Of a stretch of DNA of 52,348 nucleotides, positions 1 through 7,869 are shown piece after piece. Made by a program: the position numbers and the translations under genes. Numbering within the stretch: position 1 is the stretch's first letter; every line of letters starts with the position of its first letter. Source of the stretch: a virus (Duplodnaviria > Caudoviricetes). The stretch covers positions 1 to 52,348 of IMG/VR virus record IMGVR_UViG_3300044715_001249; one strand, written 5' to 3'. The notes under the pieces are model-generated. The model was not told the origin of the DNA. It did not search any database and saw only the letters and a list, made by a program, of their open reading frames with translations.

Positions 1-50
1 CGCCCGCGCCGCCGACGCCGCCGACGCCGCCGACGCCGCCGCCCGCGCCG
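1..50. repeat. 50-bp direct terminal repeat (copy 1); circular assembly overlap
   Basis: Bases 1-50 are identical to 52299-52348. The reading frame of the Ala-rich ORF continues across the join. Confidence 0.85.
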
Positions 51-301
51 CCCGCGCCGCCGCCTCCAAGGCCGCCGCCGCCGACGCCGCCGCCTCCAAG
101 GCCGCCGCCCGCGCCGCCTACGCCGCTTACGCCGCCGCCGACGCCGCCCGCGCCGCCGACGCCGCCCGCGCCGCCGACGCCGCCGACGCCGCCGACGCCG
201 CCGACGCCGCCGACGCCGCCGCCGACGCCGCCGACGCCTCGTACCTGACCCAGGGCGCGGCCTTGGTGCTAACAATCCTGGCCGCCGAGGTGACCCCGTG
301 A
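1..301 (+). CDS. C-terminal part of an Ala-rich low-complexity phage protein that starts at 51778 and spans the contig junction
   Basis: Frame 2 reads AR/AD/AY repeats then ...ASYLTQGAALVLTILAAEVTP*. The TGA at 299-301 overlaps the GTG of the next gene. Confidence 0.75.
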   Translation, partial: ARAADAADAADAAARAARAAASKAAAADAAASKAAARAAYAAYAAADAARAADAARAADAADAADAADAADAAADAADASYLTQGAALVLTILAAEVTP

Positions 302-663
302 GCACCCCCGCCTACATTGCACAGGCCCTAGAACAGGGCAAAACCATCGACGAGCTCGCGACCGAGCTCGAGGTCACGGCCCGCCACGCCCGGCGCTTGG
401 CCAAGGCCGCGGGCTGGGTCCCGGGGCCGAGGCGCTACGCCGGGCCGCGGGTGCTCAAGGTCCGCGTCGCGCCCGAGGTCTACGCCGCGATCGAGGCCCG
501 AGGTGGACGCTCGGTCGAGGACACGATCGAGGCCCTGCTCGCGATCGTGGCCGACGCCCAAGCGTGCCAGGCCACCCGCGAGAACGCGCTCAAGGGCGAC
601 AGCCATGCCTGGGCCGCGGGCTACCTCGACGCCTTCGTCGCGAGGATCGGGGGTGCGCGGTGA
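298..663 (+). CDS. Putative DNA-binding protein (N-terminal HTH, possible second RHH-like segment)
   Basis: GKTIDELATELEVTARHARRL resembles an HTH. GTGA overlaps on both sides. Confidence 0.6.
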   Translation: MSTPAYIAQALEQGKTIDELATELEVTARHARRLAKAAGWVPGPRRYAGPRVLKVRVAPEVYAAIEARGGRSVEDTIEALLAIVADAQACQATRENALKGDSHAWAAGYLDAFVARIGGAR

Positions 664-1193
664 ACACCTGGCCCCTCCCCTGGCGCATCGCCGCCGCGCT
701 CGCCCGCGAGTCCGGGCTCGACTGGGCGCGGTGGGCGTACGGCGAGTACTACTGCGACTGCGACACGGACGCGATGATCGTCCCGGGCGTCGAGTACATC
801 GGCATCCCAGACCCATCGGACGCCGAGGCGTACCGGGCCGACTGCGCGCGGCGGGGCGTGGATCCGGGGCCGATGCCGGCGTTGGAGTACGTCGGCGACG
901 GCGACGGCGTGGAGTGGCTTGCGCTGCTGTCGAGTGCGATCGTCATCGTGGGTCGTCTATCGGCGACGATCGACGCCCACGCGGTGTCGATGGAGTGCGG
1001 TCGCGATACGGCTGAGCGACTCGCCCGCCTCTTGGCCCTTGCCACCGCGGCAGCGCGCGCGATGGGGGTGGGTGATGGCGACCTCGCTTCAACGCTACTG
1101 GTTCGCCGCGAGGACCGCATGCGGACCCCGGGAAAGACGCGACTCGCTCGCGCGCTCGCCGAAGCCGAGCGGCTGCTACAGCCCGACGTGTAG
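660..1193 (+). CDS. Hypothetical protein (177 aa)
   Basis: GTG at 660 overlaps the previous stop. The sequence is protein-like from VNTWPLPW; start trimmed from the 564 ORF. Confidence 0.6.
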   Translation: MNTWPLPWRIAAALARESGLDWARWAYGEYYCDCDTDAMIVPGVEYIGIPDPSDAEAYRADCARRGVDPGPMPALEYVGDGDGVEWLALLSSAIVIVGRLSATIDAHAVSMECGRDTAERLARLLALATAAARAMGVGDGDLASTLLVRREDRMRTPGKTRLARALAEAERLLQPDV

Positions 1194-3449
1194 CGCGTAG
1201 GACTGCACGAGGTCGAGCGCGACGGCATGGACCCTAACCGGCCCGCGCCGGCGCTCGACCCCGTCCGAGACCCCGACGAGTGCGGCGGCGATCGTACGCA
1301 GGCCTGCCCCGCGCGGCGCGGGGAACAGCGCACCGAGCAGCCCCGCGGGGTCGACCACGACATGCCCGGGGATCTCGTCGACCCGGCACCATTCCGAGCC
1401 GCCGATCTGCACCTCTTGCGCGATGCGCACGAGCAGATCGCCGCGCAGCCCCGAGCTTACGCACGCGAGCCGGCTCAGCTCGAGGTCACCCGCGCCGACC
1501 CAGAACCGATCGACCGGCGTGTGCTCGCGCGCGAGCTCGGCGAGCCACAGCACGTGGCGTGCGATCGCATCGCCCTCGACGAGGTCGAGCGGGTCGATCG
1601 ACGCGCGCGACCAGTGGCCGACCACCGGGATGTGCAGCACGCGATCGCCGAACGCATGCAAGCTCTCGTCGTTGAGCTCCCACGACACCGCGCCGCGGAT
1701 CAGCGCAACGGCGTCGTTCGTGGCGACCGCGTACCGCATGCAACCCTCGACGCGCTGCACGTCGTGCCCCTTGCGCTCGAGGCGTTGGACGCGATCGTTC
1801 ACGCCCTCGCGCAAGAACGCGGCGAGGGCTTGCCCGGTCTCGGTCGACGACGTGTCATCGTCGGCGACGGCGAGGCCGCTCGACGTGACCTCGCTATTGA
1901 ATCGACGGCCGAGGACGTCGCGCATCTTCGACGCGCCTTGCGGCCACAGCCGACCGACGCCTTGCAAGATCATCGATTTGCCTGTGCCCGGCGCCCCCGA
2001 TAGGATCAAGGCGCGGCACGGGAGATCGGTGCGCAGCAGCCCGGCGAGCCAGAGCCCGAGCTGCGAGGCGTAGGGCCCGGCGAGCTCGGCGACGAGGCGC
2101 TCGACGGCCGGCGAGCGCTCGGGCTCGAGGTCGGTGCGGACCGGCGCAGCCGCGACGGTGAGAGCGTTGATGCTCGGGTCGTACGTCGTAGCCCGGCACG
2201 CCAGCGAGTGCTTGAGGTCGGCGAGGGCGCGGCCGTGCGCGCCGAGCAGCGCGCCCACGTCCTCGAACGGGTCGAGCGTGTACACGGCCGCGAGCGCGCC
2301 GAGGACGTCGACGGTGAGACCATCACGCAAGAACGGCCCGGCCCACGACTCGCCCACGCGCAGGTAATAGGACTTGCCGCGGTGCAGCACGAGCGGACCG
2401 TCATCAACCAGCGCGGTCGCGTCGCTCTCGACACCGACCCACGACCACGCCGCGCGCCGGCGCGCGCCCGTGGTCTCGTCCGCGGCATCGCTGCGGCTCT
2501 CGCGGTCGGCCGTGATGCGGCCCCACTTCTGCAACACCGCTTCGGTGATCGGGATCTCGCACGGGGCGATCGCCTCCATCGCGTCGGCGCTCGGCCCGAA
2601 CAGGGCCGCTATCGCGTCCGGGTCCGCGTGCGGCCATTCATCGGCGAGTTCGCAGAGCACGCGATAGAGCACCGAGTCACGCTCGCCCGGGTCCGAGAAC
2701 GGGCGCCCGTCGGCGACCTGTCGAAGCGCACGGCCGATCGACTGCCGGCCCGCACGCGAGGTCAGGCGCTCGCCGAAGGCGCGCAGATCAAAGCGGCTCG
2801 GGTTGATCATCGCCGTGCCGAGGCGCTCGAGGCCGCGGCGCCAGTGCTCGTGCAAGGGCGGGAACGCGACGCGGCCCGAGGTGAGCACGTCGATCAGGGC
2901 GGGGCTCGCGGTGTACTCGTGCGAGGTCGCGGCGTGGATCGAGCCCGGTGCGAGCACGTAGCCTCCGGTGCTCTTGACGTCGACGCCGCTCGTGATGCCG
3001 TTGCGGCTTCGACTCACGCCGCGATACCATAAATGGATGCCGCCCCCGACGCGGCCGGAGTAGGTGCGAAACTCGGTCGAGCCGCAGACCGCGAGCACGT
3101 CGTCGAGACGCTCGGGCTTGTCGACGTCGATCACGGTGCAGCCGAACGACGCGGGCAAGATCGCGGCGTTGCTCGCGGCGTGGCGCCGGCACCAATCGCC
3201 GAGGACCTCGGGCGGGATCGGGGGCGAGCCGTGCTCGGCGAAGCTGTGCGGGTCGTCGTGAAGCGGGTTCCATCCCTTCTCGCCGCGCTGCACCTTGGCG
3301 CGGCCCCAGCCCGAGATCACCGGCGACTTGGCGCCGGGGACCATCGGGATCACGTTCGCACCGAGACCAACCCACGGCGCAGCGACAGCCCAGAAGCGGC
3401 CGACGACCGGCACGTGCGCGTCGAGCCAAGGCAAGCGAGTGGGGCTCAA
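1176..3449 (-). CDS. Bifunctional DNA primase/polymerase (prim-pol) fused to a P-loop helicase/ATPase
   Basis: Prim-pol motifs (VIDVD, GGGIHLWY, GVDVKSTGGYVLAPGS) and Walker A (LILSGAPGTGKS). TTG start has a GAGGTG RBS. Confidence 0.85.
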   Translation of the reverse strand: MSPTRLPWLDAHVPVVGRFWAVAAPWVGLGANVIPMVPGAKSPVISGWGRAKVQRGEKGWNPLHDDPHSFAEHGSPPIPPEVLGDWCRRHAASNAAILPASFGCTVIDVDKPERLDDVLAVCGSTEFRTYSGRVGGGIHLWYRGVSRSRNGITSGVDVKSTGGYVLAPGSIHAATSHEYTASPALIDVLTSGRVAFPPLHEHWRRGLERLGTAMINPSRFDLRAFGERLTSRAGRQSIGRALRQVADGRPFSDPGERDSVLYRVLCELADEWPHADPDAIAALFGPSADAMEAIAPCEIPITEAVLQKWGRITADRESRSDAADETTGARRRAAWSWVGVESDATALVDDGPLVLHRGKSYYLRVGESWAGPFLRDGLTVDVLGALAAVYTLDPFEDVGALLGAHGRALADLKHSLACRATTYDPSINALTVAAAPVRTDLEPERSPAVERLVAELAGPYASQLGLWLAGLLRTDLPCRALILSGAPGTGKSMILQGVGRLWPQGASKMRDVLGRRFNSEVTSSGLAVADDDTSSTETGQALAAFLREGVNDRVQRLERKGHDVQRVEGCMRYAVATNDAVALIRGAVSWELNDESLHAFGDRVLHIPVVGHWSRASIDPLDLVEGDAIARHVLWLAELAREHTPVDRFWVGAGDLELSRLACVSSGLRGDLLVRIAQEVQIGGSEWCRVDEIPGHVVVDPAGLLGALFPAPRGAGLRTIAAALVGVSDGVERRRGPVRVHAVALDLVQSYALHVGL

Positions 3450-3469
3450 GGCATCACCTCGGTCGGCAT

Positions 3470-3517
3470 GGTGAGGACTGTAGCACGATCGATCACGATC
3501 CCGTGTATACTACTTTC
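3470..3517. promoter_or_regulatory. Divergent promoter pair with CACGATC direct repeat (candidate operator)
   Basis: Minus strand TGC-TACAGT (hexamer 3477-3482); plus strand TATACT (3506-3511). CACGATC occurs at 3484-3490 and 3494-3500. Confidence 0.5.
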
Positions 3518-3706
3518 GTGACGCCCCTCGACAAGACCGAGATCAACCGCCGCAAGAACGCGAGCCTAGTCCAGTCCCGCGTGCCGCTCGGGCTGCGCCT
3601 GCGGCTGATCCGCGAGGCGCGGCGGCAACGGGTCAGCGTCAGCGCGTTGATCGCGGCGACGCTGGCGATTGCTTTTCCTGTGGCGCCGGCGAAGATCAAG
3701 GGGTAG
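3518..3706 (+). CDS. Ribbon-helix-helix (Arc/CopG-like) DNA-binding protein
   Basis: LVQSRVPLGLRLRLIREARRQRVSVSALI fits the RHH pattern. GTG 3518 lies 6 nt after TATACT. Confidence 0.6.
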   Translation: MTPLDKTEINRRKNASLVQSRVPLGLRLRLIREARRQRVSVSALIAATLAIAFPVAPAKIKG

Positions 3707-3716
3707 AGGTAGTCGC

Positions 3717-3788
3717 ATGATCGTGCTCGTGCTCGCCGCGGCCTTGTTCTGGCTCGTGATCCGGTCGAAGGGCGACGCGTCGCCATGA
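3717..3788 (+). CDS. 23-aa hydrophobic membrane peptide
   Basis: MIVLVLAAALFWLVIRSKGDASP*, GAGGT RBS, ATGA overlap with the next gene. Confidence 0.45.
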   Translation: MIVLVLAAALFWLVIRSKGDASP

Positions 3789-5089
3789 CCGCCCCGAGTT
3801 GCGACCACGTCTGGGCCCGCGACCTCGGCCGCGTGCGGTGTGCCGCGTGCGGCGTGTTGGTGCACGCGTCCCCAACACAGCTCGAGGACTGGCGCGCGTG
3901 CCCGCGCAAGTGGAAATATCGCCGCCTGCGCAAGCTCTACCCGGTGCCCGATAACGTGTGGGCCGCGTTCGGCACCCGCGCGCACAAGATCCGCGAGGAC
4001 TGGCTGCGGTCCGCGATCTGGACCGAGGCGATCGCCGCGAGCAAAGAAGGGCAGTGCGTCGCCGCCGGCATCGAGCACTGGCCGCGCCCCGGGCAGGCGC
4101 TCGGTGTCGAGATCGAGGTCGAGCGCGCCGACCTGCTCGGCGACGGCGTGCCGTGGACGTTCAAAATCGACGACGTCGCCGCGTCGACCCACGCGTACGA
4201 CCTCGGCGATCTCAAGACGATCGGGCAGCTGCGCTACCGCAAGACCGCGGCCGAGCTCGAGGCAGACGCGCAGCGCGTCGTGTATTCGGTCTGGGGCGGG
4301 CCGGTGCTGCGGCTCCCGGTGATCCGCGCGGCGTGGACGTACTGTCAGCGCTCGCCCGCGGGCGCGGCCCTGGTCACGCACGAGGGCGTGGTGAGCCACG
4401 ACCGAGAGCGGCTCGCCGCGATCAACGTCGAGGCGCGGGCGATGCTCGAGGCGAACCTGCGCCCGCTCGACGAGCAGGACCGCAACCGAGCCGAGTGCTA
4501 CCGCTACAAGGGGCACCCGTGCGCGTACGTCGATCACTGCCTGGCCGATCAGAATCTTCTTGCGATCGATTCGATCGAGCCGTATACACCGATCACCATG
4601 ACCGCACCCACTCTCGCAGACGTCCTTGCAGCCCAGGCCGGCACGGCCATCCCCGCACCAGTCGCGCCGGCTCTGCCGCCGATGCCCGTACCGGGCCCGG
4701 CGCTTCCGCCCCCGCCCCCGCCGAAGCCCTTGATCGTCCTCGCACCCGAGCTCGAGGCGTGGGTCGCGGGCTGCGTCGCCGCCGGCCACGACGAGGCCGT
4801 GGTCCGGGCCCAGGCCGAGGCCGCGATGGTCGGCCGGGCCGCGCCTGCGCCCCAGGCCGCGCCTGCGCCCCAGGCCGCGCCTGCGCCGGTCGTGACGCCC
4901 GCACCCGAGACCCCGACGCCCGCCCCGGCCCGCCGCGGGCGACCGCCCAAGGCGCGCACCGATGTGCCGCTCGTCGACGTGCACACGATCGCGGCCACGC
5001 TCGCGGCGCGCGCGGTGTCGGGCCCGGCCTCGCCCGAGGCCGTGGTCGAGGCGTATCACGCGGTACTCGCGCTGCTCACGGGCGAGTGA
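3785..5089 (+). CDS. Cas4-like/RecB-family PD-(D/E)XK exonuclease with Pro/Ala-rich C-terminal extension
   Basis: SPTQLEDWRACPRKW, FGTRAH, KIDD...GDLKT and a C-terminal Cys cluster (C-x6-C-x5-C). AT-hook-like RRGRPPK in the tail. Confidence 0.8.
   Translation: MTAPSCDHVWARDLGRVRCAACGVLVHASPTQLEDWRACPRKWKYRRLRKLYPVPDNVWAAFGTRAHKIREDWLRSAIWTEAIAASKEGQCVAAGIEHWPRPGQALGVEIEVERADLLGDGVPWTFKIDDVAASTHAYDLGDLKTIGQLRYRKTAAELEADAQRVVYSVWGGPVLRLPVIRAAWTYCQRSPAGAALVTHEGVVSHDRERLAAINVEARAMLEANLRPLDEQDRNRAECYRYKGHPCAYVDHCLADQNLLAIDSIEPYTPITMTAPTLADVLAAQAGTAIPAPVAPALPPMPVPGPALPPPPPPKPLIVLAPELEAWVAGCVAAGHDEAVVRAQAEAAMVGRAAPAPQAAPAPQAAPAPVVTPAPETPTPAPARRGRPPKARTDVPLVDVHTIAATLAARAVSGPASPEAVVEAYHAVLALLTGE
4838..4887 (+). 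repeat. In-frame 18-bp tandem repeat (AAPAPQ, about 2.8 copies)
   Basis: gccgcgcctgcgccccag repeated. Confidence 0.85.
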
Positions 5090-6726
5090 TGGCCAGCCCC
5101 GCAGCAGACTTCGACGCCTCGGGCATCGCGTGCGAGGACGGCGACCCCGACCTCGCGCGCGTGCTCAAGCTGTCGGCGTCGACCTCGGCCTCGCCCGAGT
5201 TCGTGGCCGCGCTCTCGGTCCGGCTCTCGCGGCCGGGCACCGATTGCGAGCTGCGGCAGAAGCAAGCAGAGGCGCTGCGGGACCTGTGGGATCACGGCGG
5301 GGTGTTTGCGTCGATGCCGACCGGCGAAGGCAAAACGCTCGTGACGCTGCTCGCCGCGACGCTGCTCGGCTCCGAGCGCCCGGTCTTGATCTTGCCCGCG
5401 AACTGTCGCGACAAGACGCGCACCGAGTTCGCCGAGTACCTCGCCGATGGCTGGCACGTGCGCCTGCCGACGCTGCTCAGCTACTCCGAACTGTCGCGGG
5501 CGGATCGCGAGCATCGGCTGCTCGAGCTCGCGCCCGATCTGATCTTGCTCGACGAGGCCGACGAAGCGCGCAACGTCGACGGGACTGGCTTCGGTCGACG
5601 GATCCGCCGCGCCTTGGCCAAGCTCGAGCCCCGCCCCCGCGTCGGGATCCTCAGCGCCACGCTGATCACCGATCAGCTCTTGGACTACTGGGAGCTCTTG
5701 CGATGGGCGCTGCGCGACGAGGCCCCGGTGCCGCAGCACAAGCCCGCGGCCGAGCGATGGGCGAGCGCGACCGACCGCACGATCCGCGGCGAGCTGCGCC
5801 GGCGTGAGCCCGGGGGCTTGGCCAAGATCCCGGGCGGGTTCCACCATCACCTGCGCACGCGCGCCGGCGTCGTCTCGGGGCGCGGCGAGGTGTGCCCGGC
5901 CGAGATCGAGATCACGACCTGGGTGCCGCCGATCGACGACGGGCTGCGCCGCTTGATCACGACCTGCGCCTTGCTCGGCAAGCGCCCCGACGGCGAGCGC
6001 GTAACCGAGTGGGAAATGCCCGATCTGCAGTGCTGCCTCGCGCAGGGCTTCTACCAGGTTTGGGACCCGCTGCCGCCGCGATGGTGGCTCGACCCGCGCC
6101 GCGCGTATCTCGAGTACGAGCGTGCCGTGCTCGACGAACAGATCGAGGGCTTCGACACGCCATCCCAGATCCGCGACGCGCTCGACGATCGGCACCGCCG
6201 ACCACAGCCGCCGGCCGCTGCCGAGGCGCGAGCCCTGCTCGCGGCGTGGCGCGCGGTCAAGGACAAGTTCGAGCCGAACTCGGTCCCGGTCTGGGTCACG
6301 CCCGCGATCATGGATGCGGTCGTCGCACACGCGACGAAGCCCGGCCAAATCGTATGGGTCAAGCACCGCGCGCCGGGCATCGAGCTGCAGCGCCGCGGCC
6401 TGCCATACTTCGGCGCGGACACGGCCCCGCACCAACACACGCCCGGCGCCCCGATGTGCTGCTCGATCCCCGCGCACGGCCGAGGCAAGAACCTGCAAGC
6501 GTGGTGGCGCGCGCTCGTGCTGCACCCGCCGGCGAAGGCCCGCAAGTGGGAGCAGTTGATCAGCCGCGAGCATCGACCCGGGCAACACGCCCCGACGATT
6601 TTCGTTGAAGTGATCGCGGGCGTGGAGTACCATGGGCAAGTGCTCGAACGCGTGGTGAACGAGGCGAAAGCCGATTCCGACGCCTCGGGCGTACCGAACA
6701 AGATCGTGATCGCGAAATGGAAGTGA
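5089..6726 (+). CDS. Superfamily 2 helicase (DEAD-box/SNF2-like)
   Basis: MPTGEGKT, LLDEAD, LSAT, GKNLQ and QLISREHR motifs. ATG 5089 overlaps the upstream TGA; start trimmed from the 3958 ORF. Confidence 0.85.
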   Translation: MASPAADFDASGIACEDGDPDLARVLKLSASTSASPEFVAALSVRLSRPGTDCELRQKQAEALRDLWDHGGVFASMPTGEGKTLVTLLAATLLGSERPVLILPANCRDKTRTEFAEYLADGWHVRLPTLLSYSELSRADREHRLLELAPDLILLDEADEARNVDGTGFGRRIRRALAKLEPRPRVGILSATLITDQLLDYWELLRWALRDEAPVPQHKPAAERWASATDRTIRGELRRREPGGLAKIPGGFHHHLRTRAGVVSGRGEVCPAEIEITTWVPPIDDGLRRLITTCALLGKRPDGERVTEWEMPDLQCCLAQGFYQVWDPLPPRWWLDPRRAYLEYERAVLDEQIEGFDTPSQIRDALDDRHRRPQPPAAAEARALLAAWRAVKDKFEPNSVPVWVTPAIMDAVVAHATKPGQIVWVKHRAPGIELQRRGLPYFGADTAPHQHTPGAPMCCSIPAHGRGKNLQAWWRALVLHPPAKARKWEQLISREHRPGQHAPTIFVEVIAGVEYHGQVLERVVNEAKADSDASGVPNKIVIAKWK

Positions 6727-6729
6727 CAT

Positions 6730-6848
6730 CGACCGATCGTCTAAAGGCCAGTGCGTGCGCAGCGGTTTCGCGTCCGGGCGACGTAATCCAGAGGAAAGAT
6801 CCCGGGAGTGTCCCGGGGATGCGGGTTCGATTCCCGCTCGGTCGACCA
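6730..6848 (+). ncRNA. tRNA-like RNA with enlarged interior (pseudo-tRNA or tRNA mimic)
   Basis: Acceptor stem CGACCGA/TCGGTCG followed by A-CCA; canonical T-arm GCGGG-TTCGATT-CCCGC; TC-GTCTAAAGG D-arm-like start; about 45 extra nt. Confidence 0.6.
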
Positions 6849-6889
6849 TGCGGCGCGAGCCGCAGTAGAAGCAAGGCAAGGACAAGAAC

Positions 6890-7558
6890 ATGACGCAACC
6901 GATCAGCCCAGAACAATGGCAAGCCTTCCGCGCGCAGGGGCATACCGATGCGCAGATCATGAGCCACTTCCACATCAACCCGACCCCGATGCTGCCTGGC
7001 CCGCCGCCACCGGCTCCGGCCCATGCACCGCGCGGCAGCATCGACGATCTCACGGGCGACGAGGCCGTGTTTCGGCACCCGAAGCTGCCCGCCGGCACTC
7101 GGCTCGTGACCGTGCTCGAGATCGAGGGCCCGGTCGCGACGAACTACGGCGACGCGGTGTTCGTGGGCGTGTGCGACGAGCACGGCGACAAGTACAGGAT
7201 CAAGCACAAGCACGGGACCGCGATCGAGCAGAACATCGCACGCCAGTCGCTCGCGTGCCTCGTCGCGGCATGCGGCGCGCGAAGCCTCAGCGAACTTCGC
7301 AAGGGCTGCGCTCGTCAGGTCCGGGTCAACGCGGTTGAGGCCGTGGCCAAGAACGGGCAACCGTACATTCGCGTCGACTACCTCTCGGCGTCGGCCCCCG
7401 TGCCGAGCTCGGCCCCCACGGCCTCGGCCCCGGCCTTGACCATGCCGCCGATGCCCGGGGCGCCCGCCATGCCCGCCATGCCCGCCATGCCCACGGCCCC
7501 GGCCGCGGCCTTGCCGACCATGCCCCCGCCGGGCTGGATGGGAGCGTGGCCGCCGTGA
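6890..7558 (+). CDS. Putative single-stranded DNA-binding protein with Pro/Met-rich termini
   Basis: Lies between helicase and polymerase. Beta-rich core ending AKNGQPYIRVDY; AAGGA RBS. Confidence 0.5.
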   Translation: MTQPISPEQWQAFRAQGHTDAQIMSHFHINPTPMLPGPPPPAPAHAPRGSIDDLTGDEAVFRHPKLPAGTRLVTVLEIEGPVATNYGDAVFVGVCDEHGDKYRIKHKHGTAIEQNIARQSLACLVAACGARSLSELRKGCARQVRVNAVEAVAKNGQPYIRVDYLSASAPVPSSAPTASAPALTMPPMPGAPAMPAMPAMPTAPAAALPTMPPPGWMGAWPP

Positions 7559-7731
7559 ACGGGAACCAGATCCCGCGGATCACGATCCGCGTCGTGAAGG
7601 TCCCGACCACGGGCGAGCTGCTCGACGAGTACTATCGTCAGCGCGGGCTCGTGCACGGCTCGGGCTCTGAGCCCGACGTGCGGGGCACCGGCGGGCGACG
7701 CATCGCGCCGAAGGGGTCGAGCGCGCGATGA
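7555..7731 (+). CDS. Hypothetical protein
   Basis: GTGA and ATGA overlaps with both neighbours. Confidence 0.45.
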   Translation: MNGNQIPRITIRVVKVPTTGELLDEYYRQRGLVHGSGSEPDVRGTGGRRIAPKGSSAR

Positions 7732-7844
7732 TCGGATCTGTGCTCATCTTGGCCGTGTTCGCTGTCATGTTCGCGCGCTGGCAAGTCGGCGCCGCCGCCG
7801 TGGCTCTGGTCGCTTTCGCGATCTGGGTCGAGCACATGCGCTGA
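7728..7844 (+). CDS. 38-aa membrane peptide
   Basis: MIGSVLILAVFAVMFARWQVGAAAVALVAFAIWVEHMR*; ATGA overlap. Confidence 0.45.
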   Translation: MIGSVLILAVFAVMFARWQVGAAAVALVAFAIWVEHMR

Positions 7845-7869
7845 ATCTCACGGGCCGCGGCACCTTCCC

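Noticed and set aside
1-240. GCCGAC/GCCTAC repeats as a CRISPR array or DGR variable region
   Set aside because: Codon-level Ala repeats with no spacers; no reverse transcriptase and no adenine-specific template/variable pair.
451-467. 17-bp match GTGCTCAAGGTCCGCGT to the reverse strand at 49672-49688 (both encode VLKVRV)
   Set aside because: Short, coding in both places and without flanking similarity; cannot be distinguished from chance by eye.
3958-5088. N-terminal 377 aa of the 922-aa ORF (apparent nuclease-helicase overlap); likewise the extensions of ORFs 13463, 10694 and 14887
   Set aside because: Arg-rich off-frame read-through. The real starts coincide with stop/start overlaps at 5089, 14063, 11093 and 15487.
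3785-5089. Cas4-like gene as evidence of a CRISPR system
   Set aside because: No array or other cas genes were seen; solo Cas4-like exonucleases are common in phage replication modules.
6821-6848. tRNA 3' end as an attP site
   Set aside because: No tyrosine or serine integrase was recognised, and the matching 5' acceptor strand is also present.
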